IMG/VR virus record: IMGVR_UViG_3300025630_000012
Strand: one strand, 5' to 3'
DNA length: 20,000 nt
Origin: an uncultured virus (IMG/VR IMGVR_UViG_3300025630_000012)
Taxonomy: Duplodnaviria > Heunggongvirae > Uroviricota > Caudoviricetes
Below, piece by piece: positions 1 to 8,103 of this stretch. The position numbers and the translations under genes are program-made. The notes under the pieces are model-generated. The model made no database searches and had not been told where the DNA came from. It saw only the letters and a program-made list of their open reading frames with translations. Position 1 is the first letter of the stretch, and each line of letters begins with the position of its first letter.

Positions 1-225
1 AGCGCACAAAGCCAACCACAACAACCCGCGTTGGATAGTGGTGCTTTGCAAGGATTGCAACAACAAATTGCGTTGATGCAACAACAATTTATGGCACAAC
101 AACAGGCCATGTTTGAATCACAAAAAGCATCGCAAGCAGGAGTCGGTAGCGGTGTGCCTACATGGGCTATTATAGGTGGCGTAGCCGTAGTTGGTCTACT
201 CACCTTTATTGCAACAAAAAAGTAA
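1..225 (+). CDS. 5'-truncated Gln-rich protein with C-terminal membrane anchor
   Basis: Frame is open from base 1 (SAQSQPQQPALDSG...). Gln-rich helix, then VPTWAIIGGVAVVGLLTFIATKK (TM + basic tail). Confidence 0.8.
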   Translation, partial: SAQSQPQQPALDSGALQGLQQQIALMQQQFMAQQQAMFESQKASQAGVGSGVPTWAIIGGVAVVGLLTFIATKK

Positions 226-228
226 ACT

Positions 229-1380
229 ATGTCACTCCCTTATCAATCCCAATTCTGCACATTTGACTCCTTGCCACAAATGGTAAGTGTCAACTCTTCG
301 GGTACGGCTATTTCGAACGGAGACAAAAGACAAGACGTTCGTGATGGTATTCGCAAGTCAACTTGTTTCAAAGTAAGCGATGCCCCGCAGAATGTTCGTT
401 CAAAGTGTAGCAACTTCTCTGCACTCAACGCGATTGACAATGGCGATTGTTGTCACCCCGTAGTCAAAAATGCACTTGAAAGCCTCAAAAGAATAGTTGA
501 CCTCGGAGGCACAGGTAGTGGCATATCTTCATCGAATCTCAATGAGATGATGAATAGGTGTGTCAATAGTTGGAACACCTACGGCAATTTCAGCAACTCC
601 GAAAAGGAGCGTGTAGGACGTTACTGCCGTCAGATGGCATCGCAATACTACAATGAATTAAGGGGAAAGTACACGACTTGTAAAGCCAACTTCAACCCTG
701 CAAATTTCAACGAGACGAATACCAACGAGATTTGCGGTTGTATGGACGATGTTGCGGTCAACTACGACCCGTCAGCAACGAATAGCAACGGAATTTGTGG
801 TATTTGTGAGTATGCTGATGACAGACCCGAAACCGCTTGGGGTACGGATAGTCAAGGCAATGAGGTTGTTTATGTAGGTAGCGGTAACGACGATAAGCCA
901 CCAATGGGGGGCACTTCGCCCGTTGGCGGAGGTGGTTCAAATTCGTATGGGCCGATTTGTTGGTCGCCATGCCCTAATACAACGTCAGTTCAGTCAGCTA
1001 CAAGCTACTGCCCGCCTTCTTACCCCTATTATTCAAAGCCTACGTGCGATAGACCTTCGAGCAATCTTTCGTTGGATAGCATAACTGACCGAATAGCAGA
1101 ATTGACCGATATTCTCGCCAATAGACCTGCGCCAACTACGGCTACTTCTAATGCCGAAATTGAGGCGTTGCGTAGTGAGATGTCGATGTTGCAAAACCTT
1201 TATATGCAGGGTCAGCAGAGTATGCCTTATGGCGAAGAGCCTAAAACTTCGGGTATGGGCAACATCCCCGCTTGGGCTATCGTAGGCGCAGTAGCCGTCA
1301 TAGGCTTGGTTGTGGTGTTGAACAAGCGCAAAGGAGCAGGAGTATCCATGCCCGCCCCTTCCCCTATGCCCGTAGCTTAA
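229..1380 (+). CDS. Cys-rich protein (383 aa) with one GCxD-type repeat and C-terminal membrane anchor; putative virion membrane protein
   Basis: 16 Cys; CGCMDDVAVNYDPSAT repeat unit; coiled coil then IPAWAIVGAVAVIGLVVVLNKRK; no N-terminal signal peptide. Confidence 0.8.
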   Translation: MSLPYQSQFCTFDSLPQMVSVNSSGTAISNGDKRQDVRDGIRKSTCFKVSDAPQNVRSKCSNFSALNAIDNGDCCHPVVKNALESLKRIVDLGGTGSGISSSNLNEMMNRCVNSWNTYGNFSNSEKERVGRYCRQMASQYYNELRGKYTTCKANFNPANFNETNTNEICGCMDDVAVNYDPSATNSNGICGICEYADDRPETAWGTDSQGNEVVYVGSGNDDKPPMGGTSPVGGGGSNSYGPICWSPCPNTTSVQSATSYCPPSYPYYSKPTCDRPSSNLSLDSITDRIAELTDILANRPAPTTATSNAEIEALRSEMSMLQNLYMQGQQSMPYGEEPKTSGMGNIPAWAIVGAVAVIGLVVVLNKRKGAGVSMPAPSPMPVA

Positions 1381-1399
1381 TGATGCCCAATGAAAGTTG

Positions 1400-1693
1400 A
1401 TGGGATACCGAATCAAGCCATACACGAAAAAGCGAGCCAAAACTCTCGGAGTAGAGGTGAAGCCGTCACGTGTAAAGGGAAAAAAGATAGATGTATTCAA
1501 AAAGGGGGAGAAGGTTGCAAGTGTTGGCGCAATAGGGTACAACGATTATCCGACATGGATGGAGTTGGAGAGCAAGGGCAAAGTGCCAAAGGGGACGGCA
1601 AACAAGCGACGGAGGCTATACAAGATTCGTCACAAAAAAGACAAAGACCAAAAAGGGACTGCGGGTTTTTACGCGGATAAACTTTTGTGGTAA
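1400..1693 (+). CDS. Small basic viral protein, DUF5754/Tlr6F-like
   Basis: ATG at 1400. Motifs KPSxxKGKKIDVF, VGAIGYNDYPT, RRRLYKIRH, GFYADKLLW match my recollection of this virus-associated family. Confidence 0.7.
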   Translation: MGYRIKPYTKKRAKTLGVEVKPSRVKGKKIDVFKKGEKVASVGAIGYNDYPTWMELESKGKVPKGTANKRRRLYKIRHKKDKDQKGTAGFYADKLLW

Positions 1694-1723
1694 TTATTTA
1701 TTATTTTAGCAAAAACAATTACG

Positions 1724-1948
1724 ATGAGACAACAAACGAACAGAAGAGCGTCAGCACGTGCTTCAAGAGCACAAGCCGCTCGTCGCCAAGCCCGTAAGAA
1801 GGCAGTCGCCCGCTCTACGGGTGGCATGATGAATGCTACGGGCGCACAAACTCGTTTCAGAACACCCGCAGGAGGCTTCACTAACGCCACAGGAAACGGG
1901 CGTGACAAGGCACGTAAGGCCGCGAATATCTTAACACCCTTCTTGTGA
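1724..1948 (+). CDS. Arg/Ala-rich basic protein (74 aa), putative DNA-binding/core protein
   Basis: RRASARASRAQAARRQARKK; almost no acidic residues; A-rich leader; stop overlaps the next ATG (TGATG). Confidence 0.7.
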   Translation: MRQQTNRRASARASRAQAARRQARKKAVARSTGGMMNATGAQTRFRTPAGGFTNATGNGRDKARKAANILTPFL

Positions 1949-2067
1949 TGGCAGTACCAAAAAGATTACAACCTTGGATGAATCACTTGAATAAGGTGAG
2001 AAAGGCAAACCCTTCGCTTTCGCTTAAAGACGCGATGAAGAAGGCCAAAAAAACTTACAAAAAATAA
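1948..2067 (+). CDS. 39-aa basic micro-protein MAVPKRLQPWMNHLNKVRKANPSLSLKDAMKKAKKTYKK (HMG-box-like helix pair)
   Basis: Not in the ORF track; read manually. ATG overlaps upstream TGA; stop lies 2 nt before the next ATG; W..H..KVRK.NP.LS.KDAMK.AKKTY pattern. Confidence 0.7.
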   Translation: MAVPKRLQPWMNHLNKVRKANPSLSLKDAMKKAKKTYKK

Positions 2068-2069
2068 TC

Positions 2070-2282
2070 ATGGAAAATATCTATGCTTGGTTCGGAGGCA
2101 GAAAACTCTTTTTTGGGCTTTTGCTCTTCGTTATCTCGACCCTGTTGTTCTTGACGAGTGACAAAACTGATTTTGATGGTTGGTCTACCTTGGTGATGTG
2201 GATTTTCGGAATCTACGCAGTTGGTAACGTAGGCGAACACCTGTCTGATGGCATGAAGTCATCGCCCAAAGCAAAAAATTAA
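2070..2282 (+). CDS. Two-TM small membrane protein, holin-like
   Basis: GGRKLFFGLLLFVISTLLFL and WSTLVMWIFGIYAVGNV segments; charged C-tail; aataatc-ATG start. Confidence 0.6.
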   Translation: MENIYAWFGGRKLFFGLLLFVISTLLFLTSDKTDFDGWSTLVMWIFGIYAVGNVGEHLSDGMKSSPKAKN

Positions 2283-2300
2283 CCCCTTAAAAAGAAGAAG

Positions 2301-2411
2301 ATGAAAGGATTTCTCGACATCAAAGACCCCAACACGTTCTTGGGAGGTCAGAATGTTCACAATCTCTTGATTTTGGGCGCACTCGCGTTCATCATCACGA
2401 AGATTAAGTAA
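2301..2411 (+). CDS. 36-aa membrane micro-protein MKGFLDIKDPNTFLGGQNVHNLLILGALAFIITKIK
   Basis: Read manually. A-rich leader, C-terminal hydrophobic stretch + KIK, followed directly by a terminator. Confidence 0.6.
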   Translation: MKGFLDIKDPNTFLGGQNVHNLLILGALAFIITKIK

Positions 2412-2430
2412 TATCATAGAACATTTCAAG

Positions 2431-2465
2431 AGAAGCCTCTTCAAGCGAAGGGGTTTCTTTGTTTT
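2431..2465 (+). terminator. Rho-independent terminator
   Basis: AGAAGCCTCTTC-AAGC-GAAGGGGTTTCT 12-bp stem (two G:U pairs) followed by TTGTTTT. Confidence 0.75.
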
Positions 2466-2470
2466 AAGTC

Positions 2471-2893
2471 ATGGCGAATAAGAGAGCAGGTCGTAAAGGT
2501 GTAGCGCAGACGCCCGCACCCAAGAAGGAGCGCATACGAGGGAGCAAAAAGAACCCCGTAGGTAGTGCCTCTAAAAGCACGTCCAAACCTATCAATTTTA
2601 GTGAGGCTTTGGTTAAAAAAATTCGCTCATTTCTGAAAGAGTATAACGAAGCCAATCCAAGCAAAAAAATCACCCTTCCTACTGCCAAAAAGGTGGTGCG
2701 AAGAGGTATGGGCGCATATAGCGCAACGCATCGACCTACGATTACAGGCGGAAGACCCAATTCAAGGCAAGCATGGGGTTTAGCGAGGCTTCATGCCTTC
2801 GCTCGCAAAAAGTCGGGTTCTACCACCGCAAAAGGCGTGGTAAGGAGCAAAGCAGTTAAAAAGGCGTACACACAAGACAACGACCTGCTATGA
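2471..2893 (+). CDS. Basic viral protein, DUF5824-like
   Basis: KKVVRRGMGAYSATHRP...SRQAWGLARLHAF motif recalled from aquatic viruses; Lys/Arg-rich. Confidence 0.6.
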   Translation: MANKRAGRKGVAQTPAPKKERIRGSKKNPVGSASKSTSKPINFSEALVKKIRSFLKEYNEANPSKKITLPTAKKVVRRGMGAYSATHRPTITGGRPNSRQAWGLARLHAFARKKSGSTTAKGVVRSKAVKKAYTQDNDLL

Positions 2894-3558
2894 CAAATCA
2901 AGATAGAGAGAGGTACACCTTCAAAAATATATCTACCGCCCTATGTGTGATTTTGTTTTTTCTCTATGGGACGGAGAAGTTTCAAAGCGCGAAAGAAAAA
3001 GATGAGGCTTTGTCAACGATTATGACCCTACAAGACCAAAAAGAAAACTATGAATTGCAGGTCGATGAGTTGGGTCGCACGACCGCCACGCAAGCCGTCA
3101 TGCTGATTGATGCAAAAAAGGACTATGAAAGCCTACTCTCGGACTTCACTCAACTGAAAAACACCAAAAGTGAGACCAAGGTCTATACCGAGACGCGGGT
3201 AGATAGCGTGTACGTCCCTACGACCATCGTAGACACGATGTTTGTTGATTTGGACACCCTTCCTGTTTACCGCTTTGTCAAAGATGACGAATACTTTTTT
3301 ATTTCGGCAAGGGTGGGGGCAACAGAAACGCTTATTGAAAAGGTTTCATTTAAGAACGACATTACCTTTTCCCATCGGTGGGAGCGCAAAAATTTCTTGT
3401 CAAAAAAGACGTATTTTGTGGAGGTAAATAACACCAACCCATACGTCAGCATTCAAGGGCTTCAAAACTACACGATACAAGAGGATAAGAAGTTTTACGA
3501 GAGGGGTAGATTTTGGTATTTCGTTGGCTTGGGAAGTGGATTTTTATTAGCAAAATAA
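2890..3558 (+). CDS. Membrane-anchored coiled-coil protein, Bacteroidota-phage spanin-like (DUF6549-like)
   Basis: N-terminal TM, coiled coil, beta region with VEVNNTNPY, C-terminal KKFYE..FWYFVGLGSGFLL hydrophobic end; ATGA overlap. Confidence 0.55.
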   Translation: MTNQDRERYTFKNISTALCVILFFLYGTEKFQSAKEKDEALSTIMTLQDQKENYELQVDELGRTTATQAVMLIDAKKDYESLLSDFTQLKNTKSETKVYTETRVDSVYVPTTIVDTMFVDLDTLPVYRFVKDDEYFFISARVGATETLIEKVSFKNDITFSHRWERKNFLSKKTYFVEVNNTNPYVSIQGLQNYTIQEDKKFYERGRFWYFVGLGSGFLLAK

Positions 3559-4178
3559 TGGCAAATCAGAGCAAATCATTTGGTATATTCAGCGGTTCAG
3601 GCGGTGGCGGAGGTGGCGGTAGCATCACCATAAACAACCAAGCCGACACCCGTCTAATTACCTGTACGGGCACGGCAGATACTTTGGATGCGGAATCCAC
3701 TTTGACATTTGACGGGACAACGTTAAATATTGGCGGAGAGATGAGAGCGGAGCAAGTGTATGTGAATATGCGCTTCACAGGCTCACCTGTAAATGGAAAT
3801 TTCCTTGACGGCTCTCGCCTTGCAAGAGGACTTTTTTCTTCGGGGTCAGTTACGGGCGGAACAATTTACTATTTAGGGAGCGCAAGTATGGTAGTGGCTA
3901 ATGCCTCTTCCGTAGCTACGGCATCGGGCTTGTTAGCCGTGGGCACGGATGCGGCTTCACCAACAGAGATGCTTTTAGAGGGTGCGGTTAAAGTGCCTAA
4001 CAATGAGTTTTCTTCCGCCACCAAAGGCGATGTATTGTATCTCTCTGCCACATCAGGGGCGGTCACGGCTACTGCACCATCATCGGCAGGAGAGGTTGTG
4101 AGAGTTGTAGGGTATGTTTTAACTCCTGCGAGCGGTTATATTTATTGGTCTCCCGACAAAACTTGGCTTGAAATATGA
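3558..4178 (+). CDS. Virion spike/fibre-like structural protein (206 aa)
   Basis: Start reassigned to ATG 3558 (TAATG overlap). Poly-Gly linker; GDVLYLSATSGAVTATAPSSAGEVVRVVGYV module typical of aquatic phage structural proteins. Confidence 0.65.
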   Translation: MANQSKSFGIFSGSGGGGGGGSITINNQADTRLITCTGTADTLDAESTLTFDGTTLNIGGEMRAEQVYVNMRFTGSPVNGNFLDGSRLARGLFSSGSVTGGTIYYLGSASMVVANASSVATASGLLAVGTDAASPTEMLLEGAVKVPNNEFSSATKGDVLYLSATSGAVTATAPSSAGEVVRVVGYVLTPASGYIYWSPDKTWLEI

Positions 4179-5476
4179 GTAGCATAAACGGCATCAATAC
4201 GGCAGATATTGATAACATCAATGGGCTTGGTGTAAATCACGGAGTCCCTGTCGGCACATCGGGAGTCCTGTGGACTAATCCCCTTTTTGTGGCTGAACGA
4301 CCTACAAGTGGATTAAATATAACAGGCCAAACACGAGTCAACTCTTGGCAGTTCAGCACACGAACTGACATCATAGACATTAAGTATAGCCTGTACTCTA
4401 CTTTTGCTTTAAGTTCAGCAAATGTCCTCTATTCCTCCACTTATCCAACTCAAAAGCAAAACATAGGTAGACCAAGTGGTCTGACCGACTCGGAATATGC
4501 GGAGTTGGGGGAGTCGCTTACCAACGTTGCAAAGTTTGCGCCATCTTTCAATGTTTGTTTCGCGGTTAAAACTGACGGCACTTTATGGTGGTGTGGACAA
4601 GGCAATCAATATATTACCACTTCAGGTTCAGGACAAGGAACGACAAATTCTTTTTATGGATGGTTGCAATATGGTACGGATACCGATTGGGTAGACGTTG
4701 TAGGTTTTGCGTCGTATCCTTACACCGTCCTTGCAATAAAAGGTAGCGCAGGTTCACAATATCTTCATGGGGCAGGATATAACGCGAATTACAGGACGGG
4801 TCAAGGAACGACAAGTGGAATAGTATATGACTTTGCTCGCGTAAAAAGTGGTGCAGCCGTCGATTGGTCTGCGAGCATAAGTAAAGTTGCTATGGATTCG
4901 AATGTCGCAATCGCAGTTACGGAATCGGGAGAGTTATACACTTGGGGAGAGGGTCAAAATGGAACTCTCGGTACAGGCACTTTAACTGATTACCTATATC
5001 CCAACCAAATAGGTGTCGATACCGATTGGCAGATACCATTTGCGGAGGCACGAGCATCCTACGTTATCAAAACGGATGGCACTTTATGGGCTTGTCTTCA
5101 AAGTAACACTTACTTTCGTATTATCGGCAATGGAGGAGTCCCCACTCTTACATTTAATCAAGTCGGCACGGATACTGACTACGAATACATCACGACTATG
5201 GGAAGTGTCAGCCCGAACGTTGATAATCGCGGTTTGATATGCGCTAAAAAGAATGGCTCGTGGTATGTCAATGCGGCCTTGAAAGTGGGTGATTGGTCGC
5301 AGACGCTCGTAGACATTTATGATACTTATTCAGGCATTGACACTTGGTATGCTTACAATGATGCGCTTCAAGCCAATGACGTAACTAAATCAATAAACTT
5401 CCTTTCGCCCACCGCTGAACAATTCCAATCGAGCCTTTATGGGCAGGGGATAATAGTAGCCCTCGCCGCGACATGA
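4175..5476 (+). CDS. RCC1/BLIP-II-like beta-propeller protein, putative receptor-binding virion protein
   Basis: Repeats AVKTDGTLWWCG, AVTESGELYTWGEGQNGTLGTG, VIKTDGTLW, and G(T/V)DTD(W/Y) three times; N-terminal INGI..IDNING motif. Confidence 0.7.
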   Translation: MSSINGINTADIDNINGLGVNHGVPVGTSGVLWTNPLFVAERPTSGLNITGQTRVNSWQFSTRTDIIDIKYSLYSTFALSSANVLYSSTYPTQKQNIGRPSGLTDSEYAELGESLTNVAKFAPSFNVCFAVKTDGTLWWCGQGNQYITTSGSGQGTTNSFYGWLQYGTDTDWVDVVGFASYPYTVLAIKGSAGSQYLHGAGYNANYRTGQGTTSGIVYDFARVKSGAAVDWSASISKVAMDSNVAIAVTESGELYTWGEGQNGTLGTGTLTDYLYPNQIGVDTDWQIPFAEARASYVIKTDGTLWACLQSNTYFRIIGNGGVPTLTFNQVGTDTDYEYITTMGSVSPNVDNRGLICAKKNGSWYVNAALKVGDWSQTLVDIYDTYSGIDTWYAYNDALQANDVTKSINFLSPTAEQFQSSLYGQGIIVALAAT

Positions 5477-5745
5477 TAGCTGACAACCTATACACTTCAA
5501 TCGTCACGTCCGAGGACGAATTGCATACATTTTGGTACGACCCAAGCCTACCCTCTTATGCCTTTACTTTCATAGAGCAAAGCCTCGATGAATGTATAAA
5601 TAATGAGGACGGAACGTACACCGCCTCGTACTACGCAATCGAGGTTCTTGATGGAGAAAGTTTTTCATATAGTTATATGACCACAACGGGAGTTGTGCGA
5701 GGATTGGTTGGAGCGGGTATTTATGGCATAAAACCTGACGAATGA
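5473..5745 (+). CDS. Hypothetical acidic protein (90 aa), possible partner of the upstream propeller
   Basis: ATGA overlaps on both sides. Confidence 0.65.
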   Translation: MIADNLYTSIVTSEDELHTFWYDPSLPSYAFTFIEQSLDECINNEDGTYTASYYAIEVLDGESFSYSYMTTTGVVRGLVGAGIYGIKPDE

Positions 5746-6845
5746 CAAATCAAACACTACAATCATTCGGTATTCAGTCGGGTAGCGGTGGTGGTAGTGC
5801 TACGGATGCACAAAGAGTCATCGCAACCGCCAAAAACAAATCGGGCGGTACTTTGTTGAAAGGCACTCCCGTACACGCAATTACACCCATCTCTTCGGGA
5901 CAAATTGTGGAAGTCATCGCGGCACGTGCTGATACGCCTTCCGCGATGCCCGCGACGCTTGTTTTGGATGTAGAATTAGATGATGAGGAGGAGGGTGATG
6001 CCATCATTGTTGGCTTTATACAGGGCGTAGACACGTCAGGATTTACCGCAGGTGATGTTGTCTATGTTGGGACAACGGGGGGATATACCAAAACAAAACC
6101 TGTTTACCCTAACCTTATTCAAAATATCGGAGTAATCGTAAAAGTGAGCGCGTCTGCGGGGTCGGGTATTGTATATGGTTCGGGCAGGTCAAATGACGTT
6201 CCAAATCTTGCCGAAGGCACACTATTTATTGGCTCGTCCACGAACACAACGACAACCCCTTACAGGTTTCCTACATCGTCGCCAAGCGACAATCAGTTCT
6301 TACTTTACGATTCGTCGAGTACCGCATTTCTTGCTTCCGACTTAAAACCCCGTATGTCTTATTTTATGGGTGGCACAATTACGGGGTGGGGAATAGGGGC
6401 AAAATTGGTTATGAATAAAACGCCTAATGGCAGTTTACTCTCATCGTCAGTAGCAAGCCCTGTTTTGAGCACAACGAGCGATTTAACGGAATATACGATA
6501 CCCAACCTTGATGACTCTTTGCAGACAACCATAAGGTTTTCAGGATTTGTAACGTGTGAGGGCACGATAGCTTCGTCCATCACATTTCGGGTAGATATAG
6601 GTCTTTCAACACCCTCGAATGGCGCAACATCAGCCACATTTACGATGACGAATGGCACATCGCAATTTGCAGTATCTACCACATCAGGAGCGATGAACTT
6701 CTTTAACTATACGGCCTCATTTACCTCCGTATCCAACCAACTTATCATAGTATCATTAGCCAATACAAGCGCAATAACTGCAATTACGTCGGGTGATGTA
6801 AAAATCAATGCGCGAGTCGATATTGAGCAAAACTACACTTCATAA
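5742..6845 (+). CDS. Virion spike/fibre-like structural protein (367 aa)
   Basis: N-terminus similar to the 3558 protein; KN.SGGTL.KG.PV...GDVVYVG.TGG.T.TKP...LIQNIG...GSGRSNDVPNL module; Ser/Thr-rich beta C-terminal domain. Confidence 0.7.
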   Translation: MTNQTLQSFGIQSGSGGGSATDAQRVIATAKNKSGGTLLKGTPVHAITPISSGQIVEVIAARADTPSAMPATLVLDVELDDEEEGDAIIVGFIQGVDTSGFTAGDVVYVGTTGGYTKTKPVYPNLIQNIGVIVKVSASAGSGIVYGSGRSNDVPNLAEGTLFIGSSTNTTTTPYRFPTSSPSDNQFLLYDSSSTAFLASDLKPRMSYFMGGTITGWGIGAKLVMNKTPNGSLLSSSVASPVLSTTSDLTEYTIPNLDDSLQTTIRFSGFVTCEGTIASSITFRVDIGLSTPSNGATSATFTMTNGTSQFAVSTTSGAMNFFNYTASFTSVSNQLIIVSLANTSAITAITSGDVKINARVDIEQNYTS

Positions 6846-7012
6846 TGAACGAAGAAAACGCTTCAATGCAGGTATCATATCAGATTCCTGAAAATATGGG
6901 ACAAACCCTCTCGGAAATTTTCGCATGGACATTTTTTCTTATCATGTTAGGCGAAGTTGTATATGGTGAGACGGAAAAAAAGAAGATTCTTGCTTTTTGG
7001 GGTATTAAATAA
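6845..7012 (+). CDS. 55-aa hypothetical protein MNEENASMQVSYQIPENMGQTLSEIFAWTFFLIMLGEVVYGETEKKKILAFWGIK
   Basis: Read manually. TAATG overlap with the upstream stop; central hydrophobic segment. Confidence 0.5.
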   Translation: MNEENASMQVSYQIPENMGQTLSEIFAWTFFLIMLGEVVYGETEKKKILAFWGIK

Positions 7013-7045
7013 TAATTTTCAACATAATTCCATTTTTTTGGGTTA

Positions 7046-7053
7046 TATTTTTG
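7046..7053 (+). promoter_or_regulatory. Bacteroidota-type -7 promoter box (TAnnTTTG)
   Basis: TATTTTTG in an AT-rich gap, 17 nt upstream of ATG 7071; no clear -33 box. Confidence 0.4.
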
Positions 7054-7070
7054 CTTGAAATTGAACGAAA

Positions 7071-7286
7071 ATGTTAGAAGCCTTATCAAGCTACGAGTGG
7101 ATAGTGTTGTTGACGGGACTCGTAGGCGTGTATTTTAAGCTAAACAACGATATGTTGAAGGTCAAGAGTCGTGTTATGGTTCTTGAACGTAGCGAAACCG
7201 AGGTGAAGAAGATGCTTCAAAGCCTTCTCGACGCGGTAAACGACATCAAGTTGCTTTTAGCAGAACACGGCATCAAGTCCAAATAA
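7071..7286 (+). CDS. Single-TM + coiled-coil protein upstream of the endolysin; holin/antiholin candidate
   Basis: WIVLLTGLVGVYFKL followed by a heptad helix; adjacent to the amidase. Confidence 0.55.
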   Translation: MLEALSSYEWIVLLTGLVGVYFKLNNDMLKVKSRVMVLERSETEVKKMLQSLLDAVNDIKLLLAEHGIKSK

Positions 7287-7288
7287 TC

Positions 7289-7726
7289 ATGCGTGAGTTA
7301 AAGAAGATTGTCGTTCATTGTAGCGCAACGCAGGAGGGAAAGGATTATAGCGTTGAGACGATAAGAAAATGGCATACCGACCCCAAACCCAAAGGCAGGG
7401 GGTGGTCGGATGTGGGATACCACTATATCATAAGAAACGATGAACATGGAACGATTGAGTTAGGTCGTGATGTTCAGCGTTCGGGTGCTCACGTCAAAGG
7501 AGAAAATGCTGATTCTATTGGCATTTGTTACGTCGGGGGTGTTGATAAAGACATGAAGGCAAAGGATACTATGACCGATGTTCAAGAGGCTTCTTTGCGT
7601 AAACTTGTCGCGTCCTTACGGATGGTCTTTGGCGACTTGAAGTTGTACGGGCATAATGATTTTACAAATACGAAAGCGTGTCCAAGTTTCAAGGTCAAGG
7701 AAAAGTTCCCCGAATTGGTCGATTGA
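7289..7726 (+). CDS. N-acetylmuramoyl-L-alanine amidase (Amidase_2, T7 lysozyme-like endolysin)
   Basis: VVHCSAT, RGWSDVGYHY, GAHVKG.N..SIGICYVGG, GHND, KACPSF zinc-amidase motifs. Confidence 0.93.
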   Translation: MRELKKIVVHCSATQEGKDYSVETIRKWHTDPKPKGRGWSDVGYHYIIRNDEHGTIELGRDVQRSGAHVKGENADSIGICYVGGVDKDMKAKDTMTDVQEASLRKLVASLRMVFGDLKLYGHNDFTNTKACPSFKVKEKFPELVD

Positions 7727-7881
7727 GCGACCCGTTCATAAATAGCATTGAATTTATCAAGGCTTCATCGTCACTCACAAATGACGAAAAAAATTTATTG
7801 ATTTCCCTTATCTTGCAGGACAGAAATGAAGCCGTCTTGAATGCTATTCAGCAGGATAGAACATTAAACCGAAAAAAATAA
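7723..7881 (+). CDS. Hypothetical 52-aa helical protein
   Basis: Likely TTG start overlapping the amidase TGA (TTGA); fills the gap up to the next ORF. Confidence 0.4.
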   Translation: MSDPFINSIEFIKASSSLTNDEKNLLISLILQDRNEAVLNAIQQDRTLNRKK

Positions 7882-7886
7882 GAATC

Positions 7887-8009
7887 ATGGCAAAAGCAGG
7901 AATGGGTTCAGGTCTTGTAAAGACCGCAGTTGCATTGGTAAGCCTCGGCTTGACCATCTTTGTTGCGGGATACGCTTGGACAATGGGTAAGAGTAAGGGC
8001 GCGAAGTAA
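7887..8009 (+). CDS. 40-aa single-TM micro-protein MAKAGMGSGLVKTAVALVSLGLTIFVAGYAWTMGKSKGAK
   Basis: Read manually. aagaatc-ATG start, one TM + basic tail, followed by a terminator. Confidence 0.7.
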   Translation: MAKAGMGSGLVKTAVALVSLGLTIFVAGYAWTMGKSKGAK

Positions 8010-8034
8010 TCGACGCTTTTACGGAACACATTTT

Positions 8035-8055
8035 AGGGGCTACGTGCCCCTTTTT
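8035..8055 (+). terminator. Rho-independent terminator
   Basis: AGGGGC-TACGT-GCCCCT followed by TTTT. Confidence 0.75.
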
Positions 8056-8103
8056 GTGTTGTCGTATTTTTGCTATATTAAATGATAACCAAAATGTATT
8101 GCT

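Noticed and set aside
1390..1680. 96-aa alternative-frame ORF
   Set aside because: Fully overlaps the recognisable DUF5754-like gene and has no motif. The same applies to the other shadow ORFs in the track.
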